64,000 nucleotides of DNA from Minisyncoccota bacterium (GCA_036517395.1 DATDWN010000010.1:33922-97921), one strand, 5' to 3'. Numbered from the stretch's first letter, positions 39,527 to 48,866 are shown. The notes: generated from the sequence alone by a model not told the origin. Program-made: numbers and translations.

Positions 39527-40345
39527 CTAGTATTTGTTTTTTCTTTTCCTATCTTTTAATATCATTTTTAACATTAAGAATATAAAAACAACAGATAACA
39601 CTAAACCAAAATAAAACAGTAATTTAGAACTGACAACAGCGAAAACAGCGTTTGCCAAATGTTTTTGGGTCGTTGGAAGAAAGCCTGTTTCTTGGGTTTT
39701 TGCGGATTGAGTATTGCCCGTTGATTTTGTATTATTTTCAACTTTTTTTGCTAAGGATTTTTCCGCTGTTGTACGCAAAGATTCTGTCATGTTATAAATC
39801 GAACTCAATACTCTTTTTACTATTGGTGTGGATGAGGCAATACCAGCTTGGATAGTATTAGTCACTAGGTTTATAGTTTGGGTCGCCTTCGATGGTGGTG
39901 TTGGTGGTGGGGGAGGCGGAGCAGGTTCGACGTTTATACTTTGACTTCCAGTGGTTTGGTTTGCCACGCTGACGGCAGTTTTGGTATTTGTATCAAACAC
40001 TTCGCTAATTTTGGCTAAAACCAAATGTTTACCGGCTGAAGCTGTCCATGATACAGACTCGACTTGTGTTTCACCCGCGGGAACAGTAAAGCTATTCGTG
40101 CCAACGACAATATCATCGATCAAAAAATCTAGTTTTCCTGTAATTGAGTTTTGACTGCTATTATATAGGACTGTGAAAATATTTACTGAATTTCCTGCGG
40201 TAACATTGCTTTTGGATACCCAAACTGAGTTTGGAGCAAAACCCGCTGACAAATCACTTCCTGCAGAGGCTATTTTCGGTCCGATTTGCAAAAGTAAAAA
40301 TAGTAAAAAAATCAATCGAAAATATTGCATATATTTATTATACAA
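39527..40345 (-). CDS. CARDB/Ig-like surface protein with C-terminal anchor
   Basis: signal peptide, SWTASAGKHLV, Pro-rich linker, C-terminal TM plus basic tail. Confidence 0.78.
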   Translation of the reverse strand: MYNKYMQYFRLIFLLFLLLQIGPKIASAGSDLSAGFAPNSVWVSKSNVTAGNSVNIFTVLYNSSQNSITGKLDFLIDDIVVGTNSFTVPAGETQVESVSWTASAGKHLVLAKISEVFDTNTKTAVSVANQTTGSQSINVEPAPPPPPPTPPSKATQTINLVTNTIQAGIASSTPIVKRVLSSIYNMTESLRTTAEKSLAKKVENNTKSTGNTQSAKTQETGFLPTTQKHLANAVFAVVSSKLLFYFGLVLSVVFIFLMLKMILKDRKRKNKY

Positions 40346-40414
40346 TACAGTGGTATTTCTGCACTAATTTATGAGGAGACTCGAAATGAAGTTTTGAAAA
40401 CTTAAAAAATCTGT

Positions 40415-40927
40415 CTAGACAAAGTTGTATAAAAGTTTCAGTTTTTCCAAGCCACGGTGGATTTGTACCGCCAGAGCATTTTTTGTCTCTCCTGTGACAA
40501 GGGACATTTCAGAGAGCGATAGGTTTTGTGTAAATCGCATACGCATTACTTTTTGATATTTTTCCGGCAGATGAGCGATAAGTAGGAATGCTGACTTACC
40601 ATCCAAGACGTCAACTAGATGCTCGGAGTCGTCACTCCCTAGGCTGAAGCCATTATCCAGAAGCGTATCGAGAGATGTTGTTTTGCGCTTTCTATACTCA
40701 TCTATAATAAGACAGTTCAGAGCGTGGTAGAGAAAAGCCTTCATAGTATCGATTTTGCCACCCTTGATCAGATAATTCCATGTTTTCATGAAGGTGTCCT
40801 GTACCAAATCCTCACTTAGTTGGCGATTGTTTACCTTGAAGAATGAGTGTTTACAAAGACCGCTCTGGTGGTCTCTGTAAGCCAGAGTCATGGTTGTGTT
40901 CATTTGAATTCGTTCTCTCTCTGTCAT
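40415..40927 (-). CDS. ECF sigma factor, paralog of 37256-37768
   Basis: DLVQDTFMKTW, AFLYHALNCLIIDEYRK. Confidence 0.92.
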   Translation of the reverse strand: MTERERIQMNTTMTLAYRDHQSGLCKHSFFKVNNRQLSEDLVQDTFMKTWNYLIKGGKIDTMKAFLYHALNCLIIDEYRKRKTTSLDTLLDNGFSLGSDDSEHLVDVLDGKSAFLLIAHLPEKYQKVMRMRFTQNLSLSEMSLVTGETKNALAVQIHRGLEKLKLLYNFV

Positions 40928-41088
40928 AGCAGTGTTATCAAAATTTAATCTTAATTTAATAATAGTATTCTTGTGTTTGTCTTAAGTCAACTAACCAAGA
41001 ATCAATAACTGTGTTGTAATACGTTTAATTTAATAAGAAGTTAATGATGTTCCTTGCAAATCTTAATAATAGGTGATAGACTCTATGT

Positions 41089-41757
41089 ATGGCAATTCTG
41101 ATTATTGAGGATGAAAAAAAGCTGGTGGATATAATAAAACGCGCTCTGAAAAGTGAGCGTTATTCTGTCGACACAGCATATGATGGACAAGAAGGTCTTG
41201 AGAAGGCCATGAAGAACAATTACTCCTTGATTATTCTTGATATTATGCTTCCGAAAAAGGATGGGTTGACTGTATGTAAGGACCTACGGGCCCGAAATAT
41301 TCATACTCCAATCATAATGCTAACTGCCCGAGGCACGGTGGAAGACAAGGTAAGAGGGCTTGATGTTGGGGCGGATGATTACCTTATAAAACCTTTTGGG
41401 ATAAAAGAACTTTTTGCTCGAATTCGCGCTGTTTTGAGACGAAGAAAAACTACTGATTCGGATATAAAAAAAATTGCTAATCTGGTAATGGATAAAAAGA
41501 AACACGAGGTTACTCGCGCGGGCAAAATTATTGACCTCACACCAAAAGAGTACAAGCTTTTAGACACACTTCTAACGAGAATGGGGGAAGCGGTAAAGAG
41601 GCGAGATCTCATTGATCATGCTTGGGGGCCAGAATTTAAAGAGACAAACAATGAACTGAATGTTCATATTAAATATCTGCGTAACAAAATAGACGCTGGC
41701 AAAAACAAGCCCTTGATACAAACAATACGCGGAGTCGGTTTTGTTTTGAAAGAATAA
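41089..41757 (+). CDS. OmpR-family response regulator
   Basis: IIEDE, LDIMLP, GADDYLIKPF, TIRGVGF. Confidence 0.96.
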   Translation: MAILIIEDEKKLVDIIKRALKSERYSVDTAYDGQEGLEKAMKNNYSLIILDIMLPKKDGLTVCKDLRARNIHTPIIMLTARGTVEDKVRGLDVGADDYLIKPFGIKELFARIRAVLRRRKTTDSDIKKIANLVMDKKKHEVTRAGKIIDLTPKEYKLLDTLLTRMGEAVKRRDLIDHAWGPEFKETNNELNVHIKYLRNKIDAGKNKPLIQTIRGVGFVLKE

Positions 41758-41762
41758 AAATA

Positions 41763-42914
41763 GTGAAAAAAAAGCCAGAAAAAGAAATAGAAACAAAATT
41801 AAAAGAGTCGGAGATCAGATACCGACGTCTTTTTGAGACAGCCCATGATGGAATACTTATACTTGATTCAAATACCGGACAGATTACAGACGTCAACCCT
41901 TTTTTAGTCACTTTGTTGGGTTATTCTAAAACTGAACTATTGAATAAAAAACTGTGGGAAGTCGGGGCGTTTAAAAACATGAAAGCCTCAAAGGACGCTT
42001 TTAAAATTCTTCAAACACAAGGTCATTTGCGTTATGACAACTTACCCCTAGAGACAAAAGGAGGCCAACCTGTTGAGGTTGAGTTTGTCAGTAACTCATA
42101 CATGGCGGGAGATACTCTGGTTATACAGTGCAATATAAGAGATATAACTGAACGCAAGAGACTCGATCTGATAAAAGAAACAGAACGGCTTCTTCAAGAA
42201 GAGAAGTTAAAAGTGGAATCAATCGCCGACGCCACGCATGAACTTCGTACTCCTATTGCAATAATAAAGGGCAATGTTGATCTAGCCATGCAGGATAAAA
42301 GTAAAAACCCCAAACCGGCAAAGAGTGCCCTCAAAGCCATAAACTATGAGGTAAAGCATCTTAGTAGTATTTTGGCGGATTTGTCTTTGGTAACTTCAAA
42401 AGCTTGGGAATTAAAAAATAGAATTGTTTATGAAAAACTAAATCTGAAATCCCTCGTAACAACTGTAGTGGAGAGGTGTAAAGCTTTGGCTTATAAGAAA
42501 AATATCTCCATAACTACTAGAAATATACCAAGCATAACTCTGGTAGGAGATAAAGTTTATTTAGAAAAAATGTTGGTCAATCTGGTAAAGAACTCGATTA
42601 TTTATGGTAATAGAGATGGTTATACAAAAATCTCAGTAGATAAATCCAAAGAGTTTGTTACGATAAACATAACAGACAATGGAATCGGAATATCGGAAGA
42701 AGATTCACCGCATGTATTTGAGAGGTTTTATAGAGCTGATAAATATCACACTAGTGGTGGAAACAGTATTGGTCTGGGATTGGCTATTGTAAAATGGATT
42801 GCGGAAATTCATGGCGGTACAGTCAGCGTCAAAAGTGTAAAAAATAAAAATAACGCCAAGGGCAGTGTTTTTAGCGTCTCCTTGCCTTTGAAAAACAAAT
42901 CTAAAGCCACTTAA
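41763..42914 (+). CDS. cytoplasmic PAS sensor histidine kinase
   Basis: PAS domain, HELRTP, DNGIGI, GLGLAI. Confidence 0.94.
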   Translation: MKKKPEKEIETKLKESEIRYRRLFETAHDGILILDSNTGQITDVNPFLVTLLGYSKTELLNKKLWEVGAFKNMKASKDAFKILQTQGHLRYDNLPLETKGGQPVEVEFVSNSYMAGDTLVIQCNIRDITERKRLDLIKETERLLQEEKLKVESIADATHELRTPIAIIKGNVDLAMQDKSKNPKPAKSALKAINYEVKHLSSILADLSLVTSKAWELKNRIVYEKLNLKSLVTTVVERCKALAYKKNISITTRNIPSITLVGDKVYLEKMLVNLVKNSIIYGNRDGYTKISVDKSKEFVTINITDNGIGISEEDSPHVFERFYRADKYHTSGGNSIGLGLAIVKWIAEIHGGTVSVKSVKNKNNAKGSVFSVSLPLKNKSKAT

Positions 42915-42982
42915 GAAGCTATATTTTTGTTGTTTATTTAATTCTACTTGTGTGATATAAAGCAGGGAGAAAGAGGTGCCAG

Positions 42983-43807
42983 ATGACAATGACAAAGCAG
43001 GCTCTGCTTCTGAGACTTGCCCAAGTTGTCTCCCTGGAACAGAGGGAACAGCTTCGGCAAACTTGGAACAGAAATGTTTCCAGCCCTGCCGCTTTCCTGC
43101 CACACGAGAGGGTGGGGAAAGTGAGCATAGAGGAAGCGGAAGCGAACAACAAGGACCTTGGGAATTTCAGCACCGGTTTTGTCCGGCGCTGTCTTGCCCA
43201 GTTCGCAACCACGCAAGGGAAGGTTCGGCGCGAGATTGAGAGGAAGAAAATCATCGCTGTCGGTTACGGCCGCGGCTATGATTCTCCGTGGATCTATGAA
43301 GCAGGACTGGCGGGGCTGGCCACTTGGTGGATTGATGTGTCGGATAAAGCTTTGGAATTGGCCTGGCCAGACATCGAGGCCCAGGTCTACGCTTCAGAAG
43401 CTCGTGGAGTTTCATGTCCATCCCCCGGCGTGAGGCTGGGAGAAATCCATACAGTTCTCTCAGACCCAAGCAGTATTGGTCTGGAAGATCTGTCCACCAT
43501 TTCGGCTTGGTACTTCGGTCGGACCCTCGGTTGTCTATACAAGTGGAGTGCTCCACTCGTTCTCCAGGAGGTGGGTCAAACCTTGAGTGAGGATGTGGAT
43601 CCCCTTAAGGAGAACCAGATTATTATTGTGCAGGGACTGCAGGATAATAATCAAGGCTATGTCAGCTGTACCAGCACTCTGCACCGTAGGACAATGATTC
43701 AACGAAATATAAGGAAAGGAGCTGGACGCTCTGTTGAGATCGCCCTTGAAGATACACACCCGTATTACGATAAAATCGTAACGGCGATGTGCTTCAAAGC
43801 GATCTAA
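42983..43807 (+). CDS. class I SAM-methyltransferase-like protein, GC-rich
   Basis: AVGYGRGYD and WIDVS motifs; hairpin at 43807-43854. Confidence 0.55.
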   Translation: MTMTKQALLLRLAQVVSLEQREQLRQTWNRNVSSPAAFLPHERVGKVSIEEAEANNKDLGNFSTGFVRRCLAQFATTQGKVRREIERKKIIAVGYGRGYDSPWIYEAGLAGLATWWIDVSDKALELAWPDIEAQVYASEARGVSCPSPGVRLGEIHTVLSDPSSIGLEDLSTISAWYFGRTLGCLYKWSAPLVLQEVGQTLSEDVDPLKENQIIIVQGLQDNNQGYVSCTSTLHRRTMIQRNIRKGAGRSVEIALEDTHPYYDKIVTAMCFKAI

Positions 43808-43871
43808 AATGGCGGACGGGAAAGAGGGGAAACCCTTGCTCTCGGCCGCCATTTGTTGTAGTTTATAGGAT

Positions 43872-45092
43872 ATGATTTTGGATAAGATTACTCAGTTGAA
43901 TCAAACTGTTCTGGAATGTCTGGGGGAGACTAGTGAGATTAAAATAGTTAAAGCTTTTACTGAAGCAGGTTTGCAGGTTCTTCATGCTGATTTTGGTTTT
44001 GTGTGGCTTAACTCTGCCAAGTCTCATGCTTTAGAGTTAGTTTATAAAAGTCCAAATCTACCCTATATGCCAGTTGTTCCACGTGAAGAAGGTAGAAACT
44101 ACCGAGTTCTAGAGTTTTCTACTCCTGATTTTGTAACTGACGTAAAAAAAAGAATGGATAAATATGATGTTAGCTCCTACATGAAAAGCTTTGTTATTAT
44201 TCCTCTGGTCTATAAGCAAGCAGTTTATGGCACTATGGTTTTGTGTTTCAAAAAATCGGAATCTTTCTCAAAGGAAAAGAGAATACTCAGTGTTTTTATT
44301 GGAAACAGCATAGCTCAAACCGTTACCATTCGTAGACTTGCTATAAACGAACAAGAAGCCAGAATCTTGTCTGAGAAAAGAGAGCTACTTCTCAATGAAG
44401 AAAAAGTTAAAACAGAATTTATTGCGAACACAACCCATGAGTTTCGTACACCTCTTGCTATTATAAAAGGAAATATTGACCTAGTTTTAATTAATGATTC
44501 AAAAGGAGTAAAGTCTGTTAAAAACACACTTGTTGCTATTAATCATGAGGTGGAATATTTATCGAATATTCTTGCAGATTTGGAATTGCTCACCTCTGAA
44601 AGAGGATCAGTAAAAAATAGAATTGTTTCGAAAGAAGTTAATATGGCAGATTTAATCAGTCGGATTATAAAAAGATGTCAGGCTATCGCTCACAAGAAAA
44701 ATATTTCTATAAAAGCAAAAAATATTCCAAGGATTATTTTGATGGGGGACACTGTCTATTTGGAAAAAGCATTCTTAAACCTTATTAGAAATGCAGTTAT
44801 TTACGGACGAGAAGGAGGATGGATAAAAATTGATGCAGTAAAGATTGGAAGGTCGGTAGAAATAAAAATAAAAGACAACGGTATTGGGATTGATGAAGAA
44901 GACTTGCCACGTATTTTCGATCGTTTTTATAGGGCCGATAAATCGCACAATCGAAGTTCAAAAAATACCGGGCTCGGTTTAGCCATCGTCAAATGGGCGG
45001 TAAATTTGCATGGTGGAAATGTCAGTGTGAAAAGTCATAAGAATAAAGGATCGACTTTTAATGTCATTTTACCTATATTAAAACAGGGTTAA
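43872..45092 (+). CDS. GAF sensor histidine kinase
   Basis: SFVIIPL GAF motif, HEFRTP, DNGIGI, GLGLAI. Confidence 0.93.
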   Translation: MILDKITQLNQTVLECLGETSEIKIVKAFTEAGLQVLHADFGFVWLNSAKSHALELVYKSPNLPYMPVVPREEGRNYRVLEFSTPDFVTDVKKRMDKYDVSSYMKSFVIIPLVYKQAVYGTMVLCFKKSESFSKEKRILSVFIGNSIAQTVTIRRLAINEQEARILSEKRELLLNEEKVKTEFIANTTHEFRTPLAIIKGNIDLVLINDSKGVKSVKNTLVAINHEVEYLSNILADLELLTSERGSVKNRIVSKEVNMADLISRIIKRCQAIAHKKNISIKAKNIPRIILMGDTVYLEKAFLNLIRNAVIYGREGGWIKIDAVKIGRSVEIKIKDNGIGIDEEDLPRIFDRFYRADKSHNRSSKNTGLGLAIVKWAVNLHGGNVSVKSHKNKGSTFNVILPILKQG

Positions 45093-45095
45093 GTC

Positions 45096-45278
45096 AAACC
45101 CCATCTCAAAAATAAACGCCAATAATAAAACAAGATTCTTGCCTAACCAAACATTCAAATTTCGGTAAAAAATAGAGTTTCGCCACTCAACATATCCAGA
45201 TATGTTTTGTGTCTCATCCTCTATTTTTCCCTCGAAATTTGAATGTTTGGTTTAGTCATTATTTTTGAGATGGGGTTT
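45096..45278. repeat. 183-bp rod-like hairpin
   Basis: aaaccccatctcaaaaataa/ttatttttgagatggggttt enclosing accaaacattcaaatttcg/cgaaatttgaatgtttggt and aaaaatagag/ctctattttt. Confidence 0.85.
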
Positions 45279-45324
45279 TCAACAGTTTGTGAACAGCTTG
45301 TGCCCTTTTAGGGTTTATTTTTTA

Positions 45325-45353
45325 TTGACTTATTTATTTTGTGATAATAGAAT
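45325..45353 (+). promoter_or_regulatory. sigma70 promoter
   Basis: TTGACT-17-TAGAAT upstream of element copy 5. Confidence 0.6.
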
Positions 45354-45390
45354 ATTAATATTAGATTAAGAATTAATAATTAGTTAATAC

Positions 45391-45527
45391 ATCCGCACAC
45401 TAACTTTACTCTTGTCTCCCTGTTGCTACATTAAGAGTCAAGCAAAAGTTAGGGATCATATCTGAGTTTAAGATGTACATCTAGATTTTGAGACTGGATG
45501 CAATGAGAGCAAAGTTAGTGTGCGGAT
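45391..45527 (+). repeat. TCCGCACAC-bounded structured element, copy 5
   Basis: atccgcacactaactttactc/gagcaaagttagtgtgcggat; gtctc/gagac, ttgc/gcaa. Confidence 0.92.
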
Positions 45528-45536
45528 AAATAAATC

Positions 45537-45800
45537 ATGTTAAAAAGAATTAAATCAATAATAGAGGATTCGATGTCAAATCAAACAAGAAACATAAAAA
45601 GTGGATTTAGGGCTTTAACAATGTGCAAGAAGTGCTACACATTTTATTACAAAAAAGCTTGGCATTTTGAAAGGCCGGAGTATCTGGATGATTATGTTGA
45701 GCAAGAAGTACCTGTGCGCTTTACAGAGTGTCCAGCCTGCTTGGAACAGGATGAAGCTTTGTTTGAAAAAGAATCAAGTTTAGTTTTGAGTAGAGTATAG
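45537..45800 (+). CDS. small zinc-binding protein
   Basis: CKKC...W...CPAC. Confidence 0.7.
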   Translation: MLKRIKSIIEDSMSNQTRNIKSGFRALTMCKKCYTFYYKKAWHFERPEYLDDYVEQEVPVRFTECPACLEQDEALFEKESSLVLSRV

Positions 45801-45859
45801 AAGCCCAAGTCAGAAAATATGTTTTTGTTTTGCAATATCTAGCCGCTACCAACGGCTAG

Positions 45860-46450
45860 ATGGATATGAGTACAAATAAAAAAGAAGGTAAGGGGAATCT
45901 GGAGTCTATTGAGGCTGATCTAGGAGAGCATTTCTGGGAAAATAGTTGTTGGCCATATATTAAAACTATCGTTGATGTTGTTCGTGAGCCTGTTTTGATT
46001 CTCGACAAAGATCTCCGAGTAATGATTGCTAACGAGCCTTTTTATAGGGTTTTTCAGGTGGAGGCCAAAGACACTGAAAAAAAGCTTGTTTATGAGCTGG
46101 GCAATGGCCAATGGGATATTCCTGCTCTGCGAAAACTTCTGGAAGATATTTTGCCAAAGAACACTGTTTTCAAGGGTTTTGAAGTTATACACCAATTTCC
46201 CTTTGTTGGGCGTAAGGTAATAATTCTAAATGCTCGTCAGATTCACTTCAAGGATCACGCTGCTTCGGAATTTTTTCCACCTATTATGCTCCTTGCCATG
46301 GAAGATGTGACAGAAATGATGATTATTGCCGAGAAACTTGCTGGACAAGCTAATCAGGTTGAAACCAAAATGTTGGACAGAACGCGCAGATTGGAAGCTC
46401 ATTTATTAAGGTTGGAAAAAGATTTTAACGAACTGAAGCTAACGCTGTAA
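45860..46450 (+). CDS. stand-alone PAS-domain protein
   Basis: IVDVVREPVLILDKDLRV, ELGNGQWDIPALR, LNARQI. Confidence 0.88.
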   Translation: MDMSTNKKEGKGNLESIEADLGEHFWENSCWPYIKTIVDVVREPVLILDKDLRVMIANEPFYRVFQVEAKDTEKKLVYELGNGQWDIPALRKLLEDILPKNTVFKGFEVIHQFPFVGRKVIILNARQIHFKDHAASEFFPPIMLLAMEDVTEMMIIAEKLAGQANQVETKMLDRTRRLEAHLLRLEKDFNELKLTL

Positions 46451-46559
46451 TATTTTGAACATTAAAACGGCATTAATAATGTTAGGTCAAATCAAAGGTC
46501 GGCCCATACAAACAAAAACACAATATACAAAACAATAGGATTAAATTAATAAATAATTC

Positions 46560-46691
46560 ATCCGCACACTAACTTCCGTTTTGTCTCCCAGTTGCGACAT
46601 CGGTGGTTATACAAAAGATGCCTTATCCCTAAACGGGGATGTGCATCTAAACTCTGAGACAGGGCAACGAGACAGAAGTTAGTGTGCGGAT
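46560..46691 (+). repeat. TCCGCACAC-bounded structured element, copy 6
   Basis: atccgcacactaacttc/gaagttagtgtgcggat; tgtctc/gagaca, gttgc/gcaac, gatgc..atccc/gggat..gcatc. Confidence 0.92.
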
Positions 46692-46699
46692 AAAATAAT

Positions 46700-47344
46700 A
46701 TGACAAATACAACAACCTTAAATCGAAAGCTTACTTTGGGAATCGCAGGAATCTTGTCCGTTTTCATGTTTGGTATCGCTTATACTGCTTCTGCTGCGAC
46801 GTTATATCGTCAGTTGCAGTTCGGCATGAGTGGTTCTGATGTTTCAGACCTTCAAGTTTTTCTAGCCAAGGATGTCGCTATCTATCCACAGGGATTGGTT
46901 ACAGGATACTTTGGCAACCTTACAAAATCAGCAGTGGTTAACTTCCAAAATCGAAACGGTATCTCTCCAGTAGGTCGTGTCGGTCCAATAACAATGGCGG
47001 CAATAAATGTCCAGATGGGTAGCGACAGTAGCTCTCCATTTATCGGTGCAGTTTCTGTTAGCACTTCAAATAACTTTGCAACTCTCAACTGGAACACAAA
47101 CGAGAATGCTTCAGCAGTAATCTATTACTCGACTATGCCTATCTCTATGATAGAAGGTAGCCCAACAACAGGAGTGACTATTGGTGGTTCAAGTCTACTC
47201 GTTCACACAGATCTTCGTTCTGTACATTCAGCAAGCATAACGGGATTACAAGCAAACACTACATATTACTTCGTTGTATATGTAAGAGATGGTGCTGGTA
47301 ATGAGAGTATCTCATGGCCTTCAACATTTACTACTGCACAATAA
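46700..47344 (+). CDS. peptidoglycan-binding domain plus FN3-like protein
   Basis: GMSGSDVSDLQVFL...TGYFGNLTKSAVVNFQ...GRVGPIT; GLQANTTYYF. Confidence 0.88.
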   Translation: MTNTTTLNRKLTLGIAGILSVFMFGIAYTASAATLYRQLQFGMSGSDVSDLQVFLAKDVAIYPQGLVTGYFGNLTKSAVVNFQNRNGISPVGRVGPITMAAINVQMGSDSSSPFIGAVSVSTSNNFATLNWNTNENASAVIYYSTMPISMIEGSPTTGVTIGGSSLLVHTDLRSVHSASITGLQANTTYYFVVYVRDGAGNESISWPSTFTTAQ

Positions 47345-47349
47345 ACAAT

Positions 47350-47499
47350 ATGTTAACTACTATAGCGGTTGTACTAGTTATCTTGTGGCTACTTGGGGTT
47401 GTCACGGCACACACTATCGGCGGGTTCATCCACATCTTACTTGTTATAGCAATAATAATAGTTCTGATTAGGGTGATTCGTGGCGAGAAAGTACTATAA
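47350..47499 (+). CDS. lmo0937-family small membrane protein
   Basis: MLTTIAVVLVILWLLG...GGFIHILLVIA. Confidence 0.85.
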   Translation: MLTTIAVVLVILWLLGVVTAHTIGGFIHILLVIAIIIVLIRVIRGEKVL

Positions 47500-47551
47500 A
47501 AAGTCACAAAACTAAAGAAAAACTATCGAGTCAAATCGATGGTTTTTCTTT

Positions 47552-47576
47552 GTAATACTTTTCCCTTTCTGGCGTC
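47552..47576 (+). promoter_or_regulatory. putative ECF-dependent promoter
   Basis: GTAATACT-13-CGTC, same spacing as 37776 and 37836 motifs. Confidence 0.55.
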
Positions 47577-47607
47577 TTCATTAATATAAGATTAATAAAT
47601 AATGTAC

Positions 47608-47743
47608 ATCCGCACACTAACTTTGGTATGGTTGCATCCAGTCTCAAAATCTAGATGCACATCCCAATTTAGATACAATTTCTAACTTTTGCCTAACTCA
47701 ACATATGGCAACAGGGAGACAATACCAAAGTTAGTGTGCGGAT
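47608..47743 (-). repeat. TCCGCACAC-bounded structured element, copy 7 (interior reversed)
   Basis: atccgcacactaactttggtat/ataccaaagttagtgtgcggat; gttgc/gcaac, gtctc/gagac. Confidence 0.92.
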
Positions 47744-47751
47744 AAAAATTT

Positions 47752-48843
47752 ATGAATAAAATAGCAATTCTAGTCGGTGGCATTATTGTAGTCGCCGCAG
47801 TTATCGGGGGTCTGGTTTACATGAGTCGCGGTAGTGCAGTTGACTCAAACGCCACAACCACACCTTCGATTGCCACAGGTGACACTGGTGGTACAGTGGC
47901 AAACTCACCTCAAGCAGGAGTGCCTACAGTCGTCACAAGTTCAAATGTTTCTCCTACAAACACCACAGCTATCGTAAACGGAAATGTCAATCCTAAAGGT
48001 GCTTTCACCAGCTACTGGTATGAGTTTGGCACAAGCTCTGATTTGGGTAACAAGACTACAAACCAAACACTTGGCTCGGGTTTTGTTCAGATTTCAGCTC
48101 CGGGGTATATCACCGGTCTTTTAAAAAATACCACATACTACTTTCGTCTAGTGGGTGAAAATAAATACGGAAGAGTAGCCGGTACCATATACTCGTTTAG
48201 CACAAGCGAAAATAACCCAGCTCCAGTCGGAAGTGCTCCAATCTCAAAAACAATAGCCGCTTCGGGTATTTCTCGAACGACAGCTAACTTAAATGGAGAA
48301 GTCACACCAAACAAATCCTTCACTTCTGTCTGGTTTGAATATGGCAAGACAGCGGATTTAGGTAACACCACAGCATTTTCTTCTGTCGGAGATGGCAGTA
48401 GCAAACTTACAACCTCAGTATCGCTTTCTGGTTTGGATCCTCTAACTACTTATTACTTTCGCTTGAACGCTCAAAATCAGTTTGGCACAATCAACGGTTC
48501 TATATTGAATTTCAAGACGACAGGTCCAACATCTGCAAAAGCGCCGAGTGTAACAACAGGCAACGCTAGCGCCATCTCGGATTCTGGAGCAACTTTGCAT
48601 GGCACGGTTAATCCTAACTTAGCTGATACGACATATTGGTTTGAATACAGTACGGACTCACTTTTAGGTTCAGTTCTGCTTCAATCGACAGATCCTGTCT
48701 CCTTAGGGGCTGGTAGTAGTCCAATGTCTGTAGACGCTGCCATCACAGATCTCAACTCAAAAACTAATTATTACTTTCGCCTAGTTGCCCAAAATTCTCT
48801 TGGCACTGTTCGTGGTGATAAAGTAACATTTAAAACTAAATAA
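47752..48843 (+). CDS. membrane-anchored protein with three FN3-like repeats
   Basis: three G.VNP...WFEYG...TYYFRL units. Confidence 0.85.
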   Translation: MNKIAILVGGIIVVAAVIGGLVYMSRGSAVDSNATTTPSIATGDTGGTVANSPQAGVPTVVTSSNVSPTNTTAIVNGNVNPKGAFTSYWYEFGTSSDLGNKTTNQTLGSGFVQISAPGYITGLLKNTTYYFRLVGENKYGRVAGTIYSFSTSENNPAPVGSAPISKTIAASGISRTTANLNGEVTPNKSFTSVWFEYGKTADLGNTTAFSSVGDGSSKLTTSVSLSGLDPLTTYYFRLNAQNQFGTINGSILNFKTTGPTSAKAPSVTTGNASAISDSGATLHGTVNPNLADTTYWFEYSTDSLLGSVLLQSTDPVSLGAGSSPMSVDAAITDLNSKTNYYFRLVAQNSLGTVRGDKVTFKTK

Positions 48844-48866
48844 ATCCGAACACTAACACAAAATAT

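Noticed and set aside
7004-47743. Seven-copy element as integron attC sites or a CRISPR array
   Set aside because: The AAC/GTT triplets are internal to a longer IR and do not fit RYYYAAC/GTTRRRY, copies are dispersed and mostly precede genes, there is no repeat-spacer periodicity, and no intI or cas gene is present
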